From contig NC_086097.1 of NCBI RefSeq assembly GCF_963921235.1, positions 213,840,001-213,904,000 on the forward strand: 64,000 bases of DNA, written 5' to 3'. Below the pieces are notes generated by a model. That model was not told the DNA's origin, made no database searches, and saw nothing but the letters and a program-made list of their open reading frames with translations. The stretch is from Mobula hypostoma. Taxonomy: Eukaryota. Shown here one piece after another: positions 1-11,378 of this stretch. Positions within the stretch are counted from its first letter, which is position 1, and every line of letters begins with the position of its first letter. The position numbers were made by a program, and so were the translations under genes.

Positions 1-49
1 ATTTTCAAATGTGTTAGAATAATATAATAAAGTGATCCCAGCCAATTTT

Positions 50-172
50 TAATATTTTAAATATTTAATATTTGTAATCCAGGGAGCAGGAAGCACAGAA
101 ACAAATATCGCTGTGATGATTGTACATTGTAGTATCAATTGTTTGGCGACAATAAAGTATAAAGTATAAAGT
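50..172 (+). mobile_element. 3' tail remnant of a LINE, probably Rex1/Babar type
   Basis: Ends in aataaagtataaagtataaagta, a short tandem-repeat tail after AATAAA; no coding sequence left. Confidence 0.4.
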
Positions 173-177
173 ATTTA

Positions 178-742
178 ATGTTCAAAGTAAATTTATTACC
201 AAAGTGCACGTATGTCATCATATACAACACTGAGATTTATTTTCTTGAGGGCAATCACAGTAAATACACAAAACACAATAGAATCAATTAAAGACTTCAT
301 CCTACAGAACAGACAACAATTTGAAAAAGAGTAACAAACTATGTACATACAAAAAGAGATAAAAAAATAAATAAGCAATAAATATCGAGAACCTAAGATG
401 AAGTGTCCTTGAAAGTGAGTCCATAGGTTGTATTCAAATCAGTGTTGGAGTGAGTGAAGTTGTGTGAAATTATCCTCTCTGGTTCAAGAGCCTGATGGTT
501 GAGGGGTAATAACTGTTCCTGAACCTGGTGGTGTGAGTCCTGAGGCTCCTGTACTTTCTTTGTGATGGCAGCAGTGTGAGGAGAGCATGGCCTGGATGGT
601 GGGGTTCTTGATATTGATGCTGCTCTCCTGTGATAGCACCCCACATAGATGTGCTTAATGGTAGGGAGGGCTTTTCCCATGATGGACTGGGTTGTATCCG
701 CTATCGTTTTTTAGGCTTTTCTGTACAAGGTCAATGGTGTTT
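178..742 (-). mobile_element. Rex1/Babar LINE 3' fragment
   Basis: ORF 393-680(-) starts ALPTIKHIYVGCYHRRAASI, matching the C-terminus of the other copies (ALRTIEH..CCRKATSI at 18447-18905); same 3'UTR and ttcaaagtaaatttatta tail as at 18190. Confidence 0.75.
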
Positions 743-749
743 CCATACT

Positions 750-1761
750 CTAACTGGGCCATTGGTTAATCACTTATTTGGGGCAACTCTTAAAGAACTA
801 AAAAAAATTGAGAAAATTGCCGCAATCCCCTTTGTTTATTTGGGACACTGTGACACTTAACTGGAGCAGAAGACTTGCCAAACAGGGTCAAACTACAGTC
901 AGTCCTGTGCCCTTGTGTGGCTGTTACACACTTCATGTTTAGAGTTGCATGTGTTTGTGTTCAAAAAGGAATGATCTTTGTCACTGATAGTTCGCGAGAA
1001 ATTAGCAGTAAGACAATTCAGAGCTGTTTTGCTCACCGTGGTTTCAGACATTGAGGCTTGGAGGTGCCAGAATCAGCCGGGGGTGAAAAGGAAACGACTT
1101 CACTACTTCAAAAGGTTATGAACTATGAAAAATTTGAATGTATTGACAATCATCTGGAATGATACCTTTTGGTCTCCAGCTCTCACCTGTGGCTCCACGT
1201 AGCTGTATGCACATGACAGTGGCCACACCCCGATACTCCGCTTCAACAATCAAGTGAGGGTAGCTGTCGGGTCTCATACCACGGTGAGATCAGTGACATG
1301 CCTGTGAAGTCAGCTCTGGTGGATGAGAGCTACAATGAGATCCAGAGGGCAGGAAGGCTGTTCTGCAAAGCTCCATGGAGAGCGAAGGGCAGGACAAGGC
1401 ACAGAAGAAGTCAGGATCATCCACTGTAACCAGGGAAGAACCCACTTGGGATATCTACTTGTCCCACCGGACCCAAACTTCCAACGTAGAGAGTGGAACT
1501 CCCCAGAGCAATGGCTTTTCCACTTTAAAATCTCTCCTGCTCAGGTCTTCTGAGATACGACGGACAAACACCAGTAGTATTACTAGTGTTATAATGTCTT
1601 CTGTATTTCACTTAAGTACATAATTTGTTACTCCGTTAAACCATAGTCTGTCTTTTTTTAATGTCTTTTTAAGTATTTCCATGAAACTTCAGCTAATTGG
1701 GGCAGGTGCATAATTGGGCCAAAACTGATCCCAATGTGTCCCAATTAACTGGAATCCACTC
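750..1761. mobile_element. Non-autonomous Tc1/mariner-pogo-like DNA transposon remnant, interrupted by the RTE element at 1165-1575
   Basis: Right end tgtgtcccaattaactggaatccactc followed by TA; degenerate inverted counterparts near the left end (taactgggcca ~751, tttgggacac ~839); repeated aattggg subterminal motifs. Confidence 0.45.
1165..1575 (+). mobile_element. Non-autonomous bipartite RTE-derived element (RTE 5'UTR joined to RTE 3' end)
   Basis: Starts ccagctctcacctgtggctcc..ggccacaccccg and ends gatacgacggacaaacacc, resembling RTE 5'UTR and 3' terminus motifs as recalled; no ORF. Confidence 0.5.
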
Positions 1762-3478
1762 TAATTTGTTAATAACATAATTTGACAGAGTGAAAAAATT
1801 TTCATTTTGTGTGTGTTGCTCAGATTTCCAGCACCTGCAGATATTCTCTTGTTTATTTATTCCTGCTGCTTCTCCTCATTACAACCACCACCAATCACCA
1901 TGAAGCCCCACGACCCTTTACACTTGTCCATAGGCCTAAGAAGGTGCTTTTGACTGTAACTTACCTACTGTGACTGATTTGAGCCGTAGGCTTCTCAAGC
2001 CCTGTCAAGCCCATGCTGATGTGATAGGTGACTTCTGTCATTATATACGCACTCTTTCTCAAGTGTGGGCAGTGGACTTTCAATTAGTTATCTGGAAGAA
2101 GGTAGGTTAGGTATTCCATTTAGTTAAAAAATAAAACATCGAGTTAAATGTATTCAACTACCAGTTCACAAAATTTCACATATCCTTCCAGCTAAAACCC
2201 AAACGTGGCAAGCAGGCAGCCATGCTCAAGGGACAGGTGGACAAAATGAATACAGAGCACGTGTTATACTTCTAAATTGTAACATTTTAACTTTGATCGT
2301 GGTACCGTCAGGCTAAACTAATGGTATTTTCTCTTTTTGATTGAAGAATAGAAGCGCAAGCATTTGAAAGATTATAAATGCCTCAAGCTGTGACAACCAG
2401 TGTTTTAAAATGCAAATGAGCACCTACACATGAGAAGAGACAAGAAGGTCACATGGTTGTCTGTGCACCTATAAAAGTTAACTGTGCAATGGTCTTTGAC
2501 AGACTTTTAGGCTTCTTGTTCCAGCCTTTCATTCAACCGTTCCCTGCAGCTAGCCTAAGGAGTTTTCAGTCATATTTTATCAGTGAATAAACCTGAAGTG
2601 CTGAAAATGACATCCAGCATCTACTGGGAGGGCAGAGTTTCAATCCATAAATACTTCACGCAGTTTAAGCCTCCAAGGAATTCTTTCACAGTAGATTTGT
2701 GAGACAATGACATGGTTAGAAAGCTTGTTTTCAAGGTTTTGTATAAGGTAACGGCAAAGGAGGAAAATTAAATACAAAAGGAAGGGGGGGGGGATGGGTG
2801 GGGAGCACCAGGATTGTCGCACTTTTCCCAGATCACAAACGTGCTTTTCCTTTGAACCACTATTTTCTCCTTGCAATTTTTTCAGAAAAGCCTTAATCAT
2901 TTTCTATCTGTGACTTAAAATGCAACGGAAAGCTATTTTCTATGGTACATGCTATTTTTGATCTGAAATCTATAAATGAACTGACATATGTTAAGTTATT
3001 TAAATACTTTATGATACCGTTTGAGTTGAATGAAAGAAAGAATAATCCATATTAAATTAGCTTCAGCCTAAAAAACTAGTTGGTTTAGGGAAATCATTTG
3101 CTCATGAACAAGAGCATTAAGACAGCTTTATACTTTGCCATAGTGCTGACTTCATTTGCACCATATTGAAAATCTACAACCAAATTCTGTACAGCTGCCA
3201 GCACTTAGCCTGAAGTGTGTATATATGCACTTAAATATTGCTATAATGTCATCAAGTGTGTGTTCTATGTTGATTGATGACTCTGTTGCAAGCCCAGCAG
3301 CTTCCATGTGTAATTTCCCATTAAGTGGATTTTCAGCTTCAAGACTATCAGAGTGAAATAAATACATGCTCTACAGGATTGGACATCTTATTGAGTGTTT
3401 TTAATGCTTCAGTGTTAGACCAAAGTTTCAATTTGGACACCAACACACTAGAAGTGTCGATGACATCAATCTTACCTT

Positions 3479-4339
3479 AACAACACGCTGGATGAACTCA
3501 GCAGGTCGGGCAGCATCCGTGGAAACAATCAGTCAACGTTTCGGGCTGGAACCCGTCAGGACTGAAGAGGGAGGGGGCAGAGGCCCTATAAAGAAGGTGG
3601 GGGGAGGGTGGGATGGAGAAGGCTGGTAGGTTCCAGGTGAAAAACCAGTGAGGGGAAAGATAAAGGGGTGGGGCAGGGGAAGCAGGGAGGGGATAGGCAG
3701 GAAAGGTGAAGAAGGAATAGGGGAATAGGGGAATAGGGGAAAACACAATGAGTAGTAAAAGGAGGCGGAACCATGAGGGAGGTGATAGGCAGCTGGGGGA
3801 GGGGGCAGAGAGAAATAGGGATAGGGGAAGGGAGGGGGAGGGAATTACCAGAAGCTGGAGAACTCTATGTTCATACCAAGGGGCTGGAGACTACCTAGAC
3901 GGTATATGAGGTGTTGCTCCTCCAACCTGAGTTTAGCCTCATCATGGCAGTAGAGGAGGCCATGTATGGACATATCCGAATGGCAGAGTTGAAGTGGGTG
4001 GCTACCGGCAGATCCTGTCTGTTGTGGCGGACAGAGCGGAGGTGCTCGACGAAGCGGTCCCCCAATCTGCGTCGGGTTTCACCGATGTAGAGGAGGCCGC
4101 ACCGGGAGCACCGGATGCAATAGTTGACCCCAACAGACTTACAAGTGAAGTGTTGCCTCACCTGGAAGGACTGTTTGGGGCCCTGAATGGTGGTAAGAGA
4201 GGAGGTGTAGGGACAGGTGTAGCACTTACGTTTACAGGGATAAGTGCCGAGTGGGAGATCCGTGGGGAGGGACGTGTGAATCAGGGAGTCGCGGAGGGAC
4301 CGATCCCTGCGGAAAGCGGAGAGGGGTGGAGAGGGAAAG
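3479..4339 (-). mobile_element. Penelope-like retroelement, 5'-truncated, with GIY-YIG endonuclease remnant
   Basis: ORF 3895-4374(-) has GVNYCIRCSRCGLLYIGETRRRLGDRFVEH (GIY-YIG); pyrimidine-rich 3'UTR; perfect 14-bp TSD atcaatcttacctt at 3465-3478 and 4340-4353. Confidence 0.92.
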
Positions 4340-4407
4340 ATCAATCTTACCTTGATATGGTGTGACAACCACATACTATCTCTTCCCCTCCCCTAGATAC
4401 TTCCAAT

Positions 4408-4711
4408 GCCATCTTCTCATTGCTACCATCAGGGAGGAAGTACAGAAGCCTGAAGACACGCACTCAACGTTTTAGGGACAGCTTCTTCCCCCCCGCCATC
4501 AGATTTCCGAACAGCCAATGAATCAATCCATGAACATTACCTGACTATTTAGTTTTGCTCTGTTTTTGTACTACTTATTTAATTTTTTTTTCTATACATA
4601 TATATATATTTCTTATTGTAATTTATAGCACTTTTATGCATTGTACTCTACCACTTGCCACAAAACAACATATGTCAAAAATATTAAATCTGATTCTGAT
4701 TCTAATTCTGA
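4408..4711 (+). mobile_element. Rex1/Babar LINE 3' fragment
   Basis: Encodes FSLLPSGRKYRSLKTRTQRFRDSFFPPAIRF; ends in a (ctgatt)n tail. Confidence 0.75.
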
Positions 4712-5419
4712 ACACGAACCCCCACGTCCCAAATTGTCCTCCCTCAATGACTCGCCTGAGATATGGGAAATAATATACAAGAAAAATCATGGGAATTTCC
4801 TTTTGAATCACATAAACACCAGAAGACTATAGTGACTGACTGATTGACATGACCCCTGGTGACCAATTTACCTCCTGTACATAGAGAGGTCAGCCATGTT
4901 CATCTCCCTTATGAATCCTTACACCAAATCTATGCTCAACACTGATATTGAAAACTTATTCTCTGGTAAATTGTTAGGCCTGTAATAAGGCTCTCCCAAG
5001 TCCTCTCAACAATCTGCAGTCCTCACTGTCCTAATCTCTAATGCTTTTTCTTCCACTGACCTAAACTCTATTACTTTCCAATGGAAATTAAACATAGCCA
5101 GCCCATTCTTACTACAGGAAATATCATCGCTAAACTATTCTGAAACTCACAATGACATTTGTAATCCAGCCAGTATAAATATGATGCATGATAGCTTCTG
5201 TGTCTTATTGAAAAATAAAACAGAAAGTTAGCACCTCACAGATGTCGATGTCACATAATAGCTAGCACCATGGGTTAAACAACCAATCGAGTGCATAAGG
5301 CATCGATTTGTGGCAGCTTGGCCTTTGAACAACAGCCAGGCAGCAATCGGGAGCGTGAAAAAACACAGCTCACTCAGATTCGCTGACTGAGTACATAAAG
5401 CATTGATTGCTGCCAGTTT

Positions 5420-5765
5420 GGCATTTGAACAGCAGCCAGTCGGCGATGGGTATTGATTGGCAAGAACAAATAAAAATAAGGCAGGGTGAGTGGAGTGGCT
5501 ATTGTTAGAGTGGGCAGTCTTATTTTGGTAACTTGAGACTTTAACTCCTCGAGGAGAAGAGATGCTTGAGTGAGAGAAGGAAAAAAAGCTGCAACTAGAT
5601 TACTTTCCAGTGTAGTTATTATTTCCTGCTCAGTTAGAGCAGGAGGGATGGCAGGCAGGATTGTTGAATGCTCCTCTTGTGGGATGTGGGAAAGCAGGGA
5701 GACCTCCAGTGTCCTTGAAGACTGCCCCTGCAAGAAGTGCATCCAGCTGCAGCTTCTAACAGTGT
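5420..5765 (+). mobile_element. CR1 LINE 5' end with ORF1 N-terminal zinc finger
   Basis: MAGRIVECSSCGMWE..CKKCIQLQLL, the CxxC..CxxC motif of CR1 ORF1; breaks off near 5765. Confidence 0.6.
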
Positions 5766-5769
5766 TGGA

Positions 5770-8700
5770 CTGTGACCTATCAATGAGCGGGATTCATTAG
5801 AAAGGGCGAATAAAAATCAGGCATGCACAAGTGGGGTGGCCATTGTGTGGGTGGCTTTGGCACATCAGGCTTCGGCGAGATCAGGCGAGAGGAGGTAAGT
5901 GTCTGGTAAGTTTCTTCCTCTTCTTCTTTAATCTTCATTCCTCATCAGTTAGTGCAGTGAGAATGGCTCCAGAGTCAATGTTTTGTCCTGTGAGCGAGAG
6001 ATGTGGGAATTCCTCGATAACCACATTTGCACCAGTTGCACCGAGCTACAGCTCCTCAGAGAACATATTACAGAACTGGAGCTGCAGCTCGATGACCTTC
6101 GGTTCATACGGGAAACTGAGGAGGTGATAGACAGGAGGTACAGGGAGGTGGTCACCCCTAAGTTGCAGGAGGCGGGTGACTGGGAGACTGTCAAGAGGGA
6201 AACTCTCAGCCAGTGCAGAGTACCCCTGTGGCCGTTCCCCTCAATAATAAGAATACCATTTTGGATATTGTTGAAGTGGGGAGCTGCAGTGATCGGGTCT
6301 CTGGCAGTGAGTCTGGTGCTGTGGCTCACAAGAGAAGAGAGGCGAAGAGGACTGCAATGGTGATGGTGGCAGAGAGTCCATCGTCAGAGGAATGAAGACA
6401 AGCTTCTGTGCGTGTGATGCAGATACCCAGATGGCATGTTGCCTCACAGACGCCAGAGTCAGGGATGTCTTGGATCGGGTCCACTACATTCTTAACCGGA
6501 AAGGTGAGCAGCCAAAATTCTTGGTCCTTTTAGGAACCAGTGACATAGATAGGAAAAGTGAGGAGGTAGAGATTTTAGGGAACTAGGTAGAAATCTGAAA
6601 AGCAGGACCTCCAGGGTAGTCATCTCCGGATTGCTGCCAATGCCACGTGCCAGCGAAAGTAAGAATTGGATGATTTGGCAAGAAATTGTGTGGCTGGAAA
6701 TCTGGCACAGGGGGAAGGGGTTCAGATTTCTGGATCATTGGGATCTCTTCTGGGGAAGGTACAACCAGTGCAAAGGGGACAAGTTACACCTGAACCCAAG
6801 GGGCCCAATATACTTTTGGGGAGGTTTGCTAGAGCTGTAGGGAGGGTTTAAATTAATTTGGCAGAGGGATGGGAACCAGAGTGATAGGGCAGTTGGTTTC
6901 CAAACAGGAAGTGTGTAGTCAGGCTGCTAGAAAAGACAGGCTGATGATGGGCAAAATTGAAGTCAATTGGGTGAGCTGCCATGTGTAAGGGGGACAAAAT
7001 CAAAAAGGATGAATACAGGACTGAAGGTGTTATATTTGATTGCATGCAGTATATGTAGGTCCCTTACAGACAGAAACAGGTGAATTGATCATGGGGAACA
7101 AGGACATGGCAGACCAATTGAATAACTACTTTGGTTCTGTCTTCACTAAGGAGGACATAAGTAATCTTCCAGAAATAGTAGGGGACCGAGGGTCTAGTGA
7201 GATGGAGGAACTGAGGGAAATACATGTTAGTAGGGAAGTGGTGTTAGGTAAATTGAAGGGATTGAAGACAGATAAATTCCCAGGGCCAGATGGTCTGCAT
7301 CCCAGAGTGCTTAAGGAAGTAGCCCGAGAAATAATAGATGCATTAGTGATAATTTTTCAAAATTCTTTAGATTCTGGATTAGTTGCTGAGGAGGGAAGAG
7401 AGAAACCGGGGAATTATAGACCGGTAAGCCTGACATCGGTGGTGGGGAAAATGCTAGAGTCAGTTGTCAAAGATGTGATAACAGTACATTTGGAAAGCGG
7501 TGAAATCATCAGACAAAGTCAACATGGATTTATGAAAGGAAAATCATGTCTGATGAATCTCATAGAATTTTTTGAGGATGTAACTAGTAGAGTGGATAGG
7601 GGAGAACTAGTGGATGAGGTATATTAGGATTTTCAAAAGGCTTCCGACAAGGTCCCACACAGGAGATTAGTGTGCAAACTTAAAGCACACGGTATTGGGG
7701 GTAAGGTATTGATGTGGATAGAGAATTGGTTGGCAGACAGGAAGCAAAGAGTGGGAATAAATGGGACCTTTTCAGAATGGCAGGCAGTGAATAGTGGGGT
7801 ACCGCAAGGCTCAGTGCTGGGACCCCAGTTGTTTACAATATATATTAACGACTTAGACGAGGGAATTAAATGCAGCACCTCCAAGTTTGCGGATGACACG
7901 AAGCTGGGCGGCAGTGTTAGCTGTGAGGAGGATGCTAAGAGGATGCAGGGTGACTTGGATAGGTTAGGTGAGTGGGCAAATTCATGGCAGATGCAACTTA
8001 ATGTGGATAAATGTGAGGTTATCCACTTTGGTGGCAAGAACAGGAAAACAGTTTATTATCTGAATGGTGGCCAATTAGGAAAAGGGGAGGTGCAACAAGA
8101 CCTGGGTGTCATTGTACACCAGTCATTGAAAGTGGGCATGCAGGTACAGCAGGCGGTGAAAAAGGCGAATGGTATGCTGGCATTCCTAACAAGAGGATTC
8201 GAGTACAGGAGCAGGGAGGTACCACTGCAGTTGTACAAGGCCTTGGTGAGACCACACCTGGAGTATTGTGTGCAGTTTTGGTCCCCTAATCTGAGGAAAG
8301 ACATCCTTGCCATAGAGGGAGTACAAAGAAGGTTCACCAGATTGATTCCTGGGATGGCAGGACTTTCATATGATGAAAGACAGGATTGACTAGGCTTATA
8401 CTCGTTGGAGTTTAGAAGATTGAAGGGGGATCTGATTTAAATGTATAAAATTCTAAAGGGATTGGACAGGCTAGATGCAGGAAGATTGTTCCCGATGTTG
8501 GGAAGTCCAGAACGAGGGGTCACAGTTTGAGGATAGAGGGGAAGCCTTTTAGGGCCAAGATGAGGAAAACCTTCTTCATACAGAGTGGTGAATCTGTGGA
8601 ATTCTCTGCCACAGGAAACAGTTGAGGCCAGTTCATTGGTTATATTTAAGAGGGAGTTAGATATGGCCCTTGTGGCTGAAGGGATCAGGGGGTATGGAGA

Positions 8701-11378
8701 GAAGGCAGCTACGGGATTCTGAGTTGGATGATCAGCCATGATCGTACTGAATGGCAGTGCAGGCTCGAAGGGCCGAATGGCCTACTCCTGCACCTATTTT
8801 CTATATTTCTATGTTTCTATAAGCACTGTTATAGCCTGGCATGTATGACATTGTGGGGATCATTGAATCAGAAGATTATAGCTGGGAGCTTAACGTTCAA
8901 GGGTACACATTGTATTGAAAGAACAGGCCGGTCGTCAGAGAGGTGGCATAGCTCTGTTGGACAAAATGAAATCAAATCAGTAGAAAGAAGTGACATAGGA
9001 TCGTAAAATATAGAATCATTGTGGATAGAGCTAAGAAACTGAAAAGGTAATGGGAGTTATATACAGACCCCCAAAAAGTAGCAAACATGTAATTTACAAA
9101 TTATAATGGAAGATAGAAAATGCATGTCAAAAGGGCAATGTTACAATTGCCATGGGGGATTTCAAAATGCAGATATACTGGGAAAATTAGGTTAGTGCTG
9201 GATCCTGAGAGAGGGAATTTGTAGAATGCCTCCAAGATGGCTTTTTAGAGCAGCTCGTGGTAGAGCCCACTAGGGCATCAACTATTCTGGATTAGGTGTT
9301 GTGCAACAAATAGGAATTGATCAGAGAGCTAAAGGTAAAGGAAGCCTAGGAAGGCAGTGATCATAATATGATATAATTCACCCTGTGATTTGAGAAGGGG
9401 AAGCTAAAGTCAGATAGATAAGTACAGGATTACTGTGGAGTAAAAGGAATTACAGAGGTATGAGAGGGTAGCTGGCCAAAGTTGATTGGAAGGGGACACT
9501 AGCAAGGATGACAGCTGAGCAGCAATGGCTGGAATCTCTGGGAGCAATTCTGCAGGCGTATGATATCCCAAAGAGGAAGAAGTATTTTTAAAGGCAGAAT
9601 GACACAATCATGGTTGACAAGAGAAGTCAAAGCCAACATAAAAGACAAATACAGGGCATATAATAGAGCAACAAATAGGGGGAAGTTGTAGGATTGGGGA
9701 GCTTTTAGAAACTAACGGAAGGCAACTAAAAAAATCATAAAGAAGGAGAAGATGAAATATGAATGAAAATGTCAGAAGTCCGAAATGAATGAAGTTGCCA
9801 TTACTAGGGAGAAGGTGCTTGAGAAACTGCAAGGTCTAAAGATAAGGCACCTGGACTAGTTGGTATACACCCCAGGGTTCTGAAAGAGGTGGCTGAGGAG
9901 ACTGTGGAGGCATCTTTCAAGAAACAATAGATTCTGGCATGGTTCTGGAGGAATGAAAAACAGCAAATGTCACTCCACTCTTCAAGAAGAAGGAGATGCA
10001 GAAGAAAGGAAGTTATAGGGCACTTAGTCTGACCTCCAGTGGTTTGGAAGATGTTGAGATGTTGGAGTTGATTTTTAAGAATGTAGTTTCCAGGGTACTG
10101 GGAGGCACATGATAAAATAGGCTGTAGTCAGCATGGTGACCTTAAGGGAAAACCTTGCCTGACAAATTCTTTGAAGAAGTAGCAAGCAGGATGGACAAAG
10201 GAAAATAAGTGGATGCTGTGTACTTGGATTTTCAGAAGTTCTTTGGTAAGGTGCCACACATAAGGCTGTTTAAGAAGTTAAAAGCACATGGTATTACAGA
10301 AAAGATACTAGCATGGATAAAACATTGGCTGATTGGCAGGAGGCAAAGAGTGGGAATAAAGGTAGTATTTTCTGGTTGGCTGCCGGGGACTATTGGTGTT
10401 CAACATGGGTCTGTGTTGGGACCCTTCTTTTTACATTATATTTCAATGACTTGGATGATGGAATTGATGGTTTTGAGATCAAGTTTGCAGATAATGCAAA
10501 GATAGGTGTAGGAGCAGCTAGTTTTGAGGAAGTATAGAGGCTACAGAAAGTCTTAGGCAGGTTAGAGGAATGAATAAAGAAGTGGCAGATGAACTACAGT
10601 GCCAGGAAGTGTACAATTATACACTTTGGAAGAAGAAATAAAAGAGATTATTTTCTAAATGCATAGAAAATTCAAAAATCTGATCTTCGAAGAGACTTGG
10701 GAGCCTTCATGTAGGACTCCCTAAAGGTTAATTTGCAGATTGATTCAGTGGTGAGGAAGGCAAATGCAATGTTAGCATTCATTTCAAGAATATTAAAGTA
10801 ACAATGGTAATGTTAAGGCTTTATAATTCTTGATGAAGCCTCATTTGGAGTATTGTGAGCTGTTTGGGGCCTTTTATCTGAGTAACGATCTGCTTACATT
10901 GGAGAGATTTCAAAGGAGTATCATGAAAATGATTCCAAGATTGAAAGGCTTTACATGTGAAGAGGATTTGATGACTCCGGGCCTGTACTCATGGGAATTC
11001 AGAAGAATAAGGGGGAATCTCATTGAAATCTATCAAATCTTGAAAGGCCTTGACAGAGTAGACTTGGAGAGGATATTTCCTATGGTGCTGGAGTCTAAGA
11101 CCAGAGGACTCAGCCTCAGAATAGAGGGGCAAACATTTATGATGAAGATGAGGAGGAATTCCTTTAGCCAGAGAGCAGTGAATCTGTGGAACTGTTTGCC
11201 ATAGGCAACTGTGGAGACCAAGGAGAGGATGATAGATTCTTGATTCATCCAGACATGAGGGATACAGGGAGAAGGTGGGAGATTGGGGCTGAGAGGGAAA
11301 TGGACCATCCATGATAAAATGGCCAGGCACACTCGATGGCCAAATGGCCGAATACTTTTCCTGTATCTTATGGTGTTA
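5770..11378 (+). mobile_element. Old, near full-length but decayed CR1 LINE (5'UTR, ORF1 zinc finger/esterase, ORF2 EN-RT), interrupted by a younger CR1 at 7053-8820
   Basis: ORF1 pieces HICTSCTELQLL and LGTSDI..GFRFLDHW..DKLHLN (SGNH esterase); ORF2 start GLKVLYL at ~7020 resumes as YDIVGI at ~8843; RT pieces VYLDFQK, KFADNAK, PHLEYC; CR1 3' tail at ~11370. Confidence 0.8.
7053..8820 (+). mobile_element. Young 5'-truncated CR1 LINE (RT domain)
   Basis: [45 protein letters not shown]; (tttctatg)n tail; a few stops and frameshifts. Confidence 0.92.

Noticed and set aside
2410..2417. Octamer ATGCAAAT (also ATTTGCAT near 16658) suggesting an immunoglobulin locus
   Set aside because: No V-domain frame and no heptamer with a correctly spaced nonamer seen.
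3498..3774. Pro-rich ORFs (also 63416-63879)
   Set aside because: Pyrimidine-rich Penelope 3'UTR.
7633..8037. ORF MPPKWITSHLST..., repeated at 28365-28631, and similar antisense ORFs
   Set aside because: Antisense shadows of CR1 RT; the repetition reflects the LINE copies.
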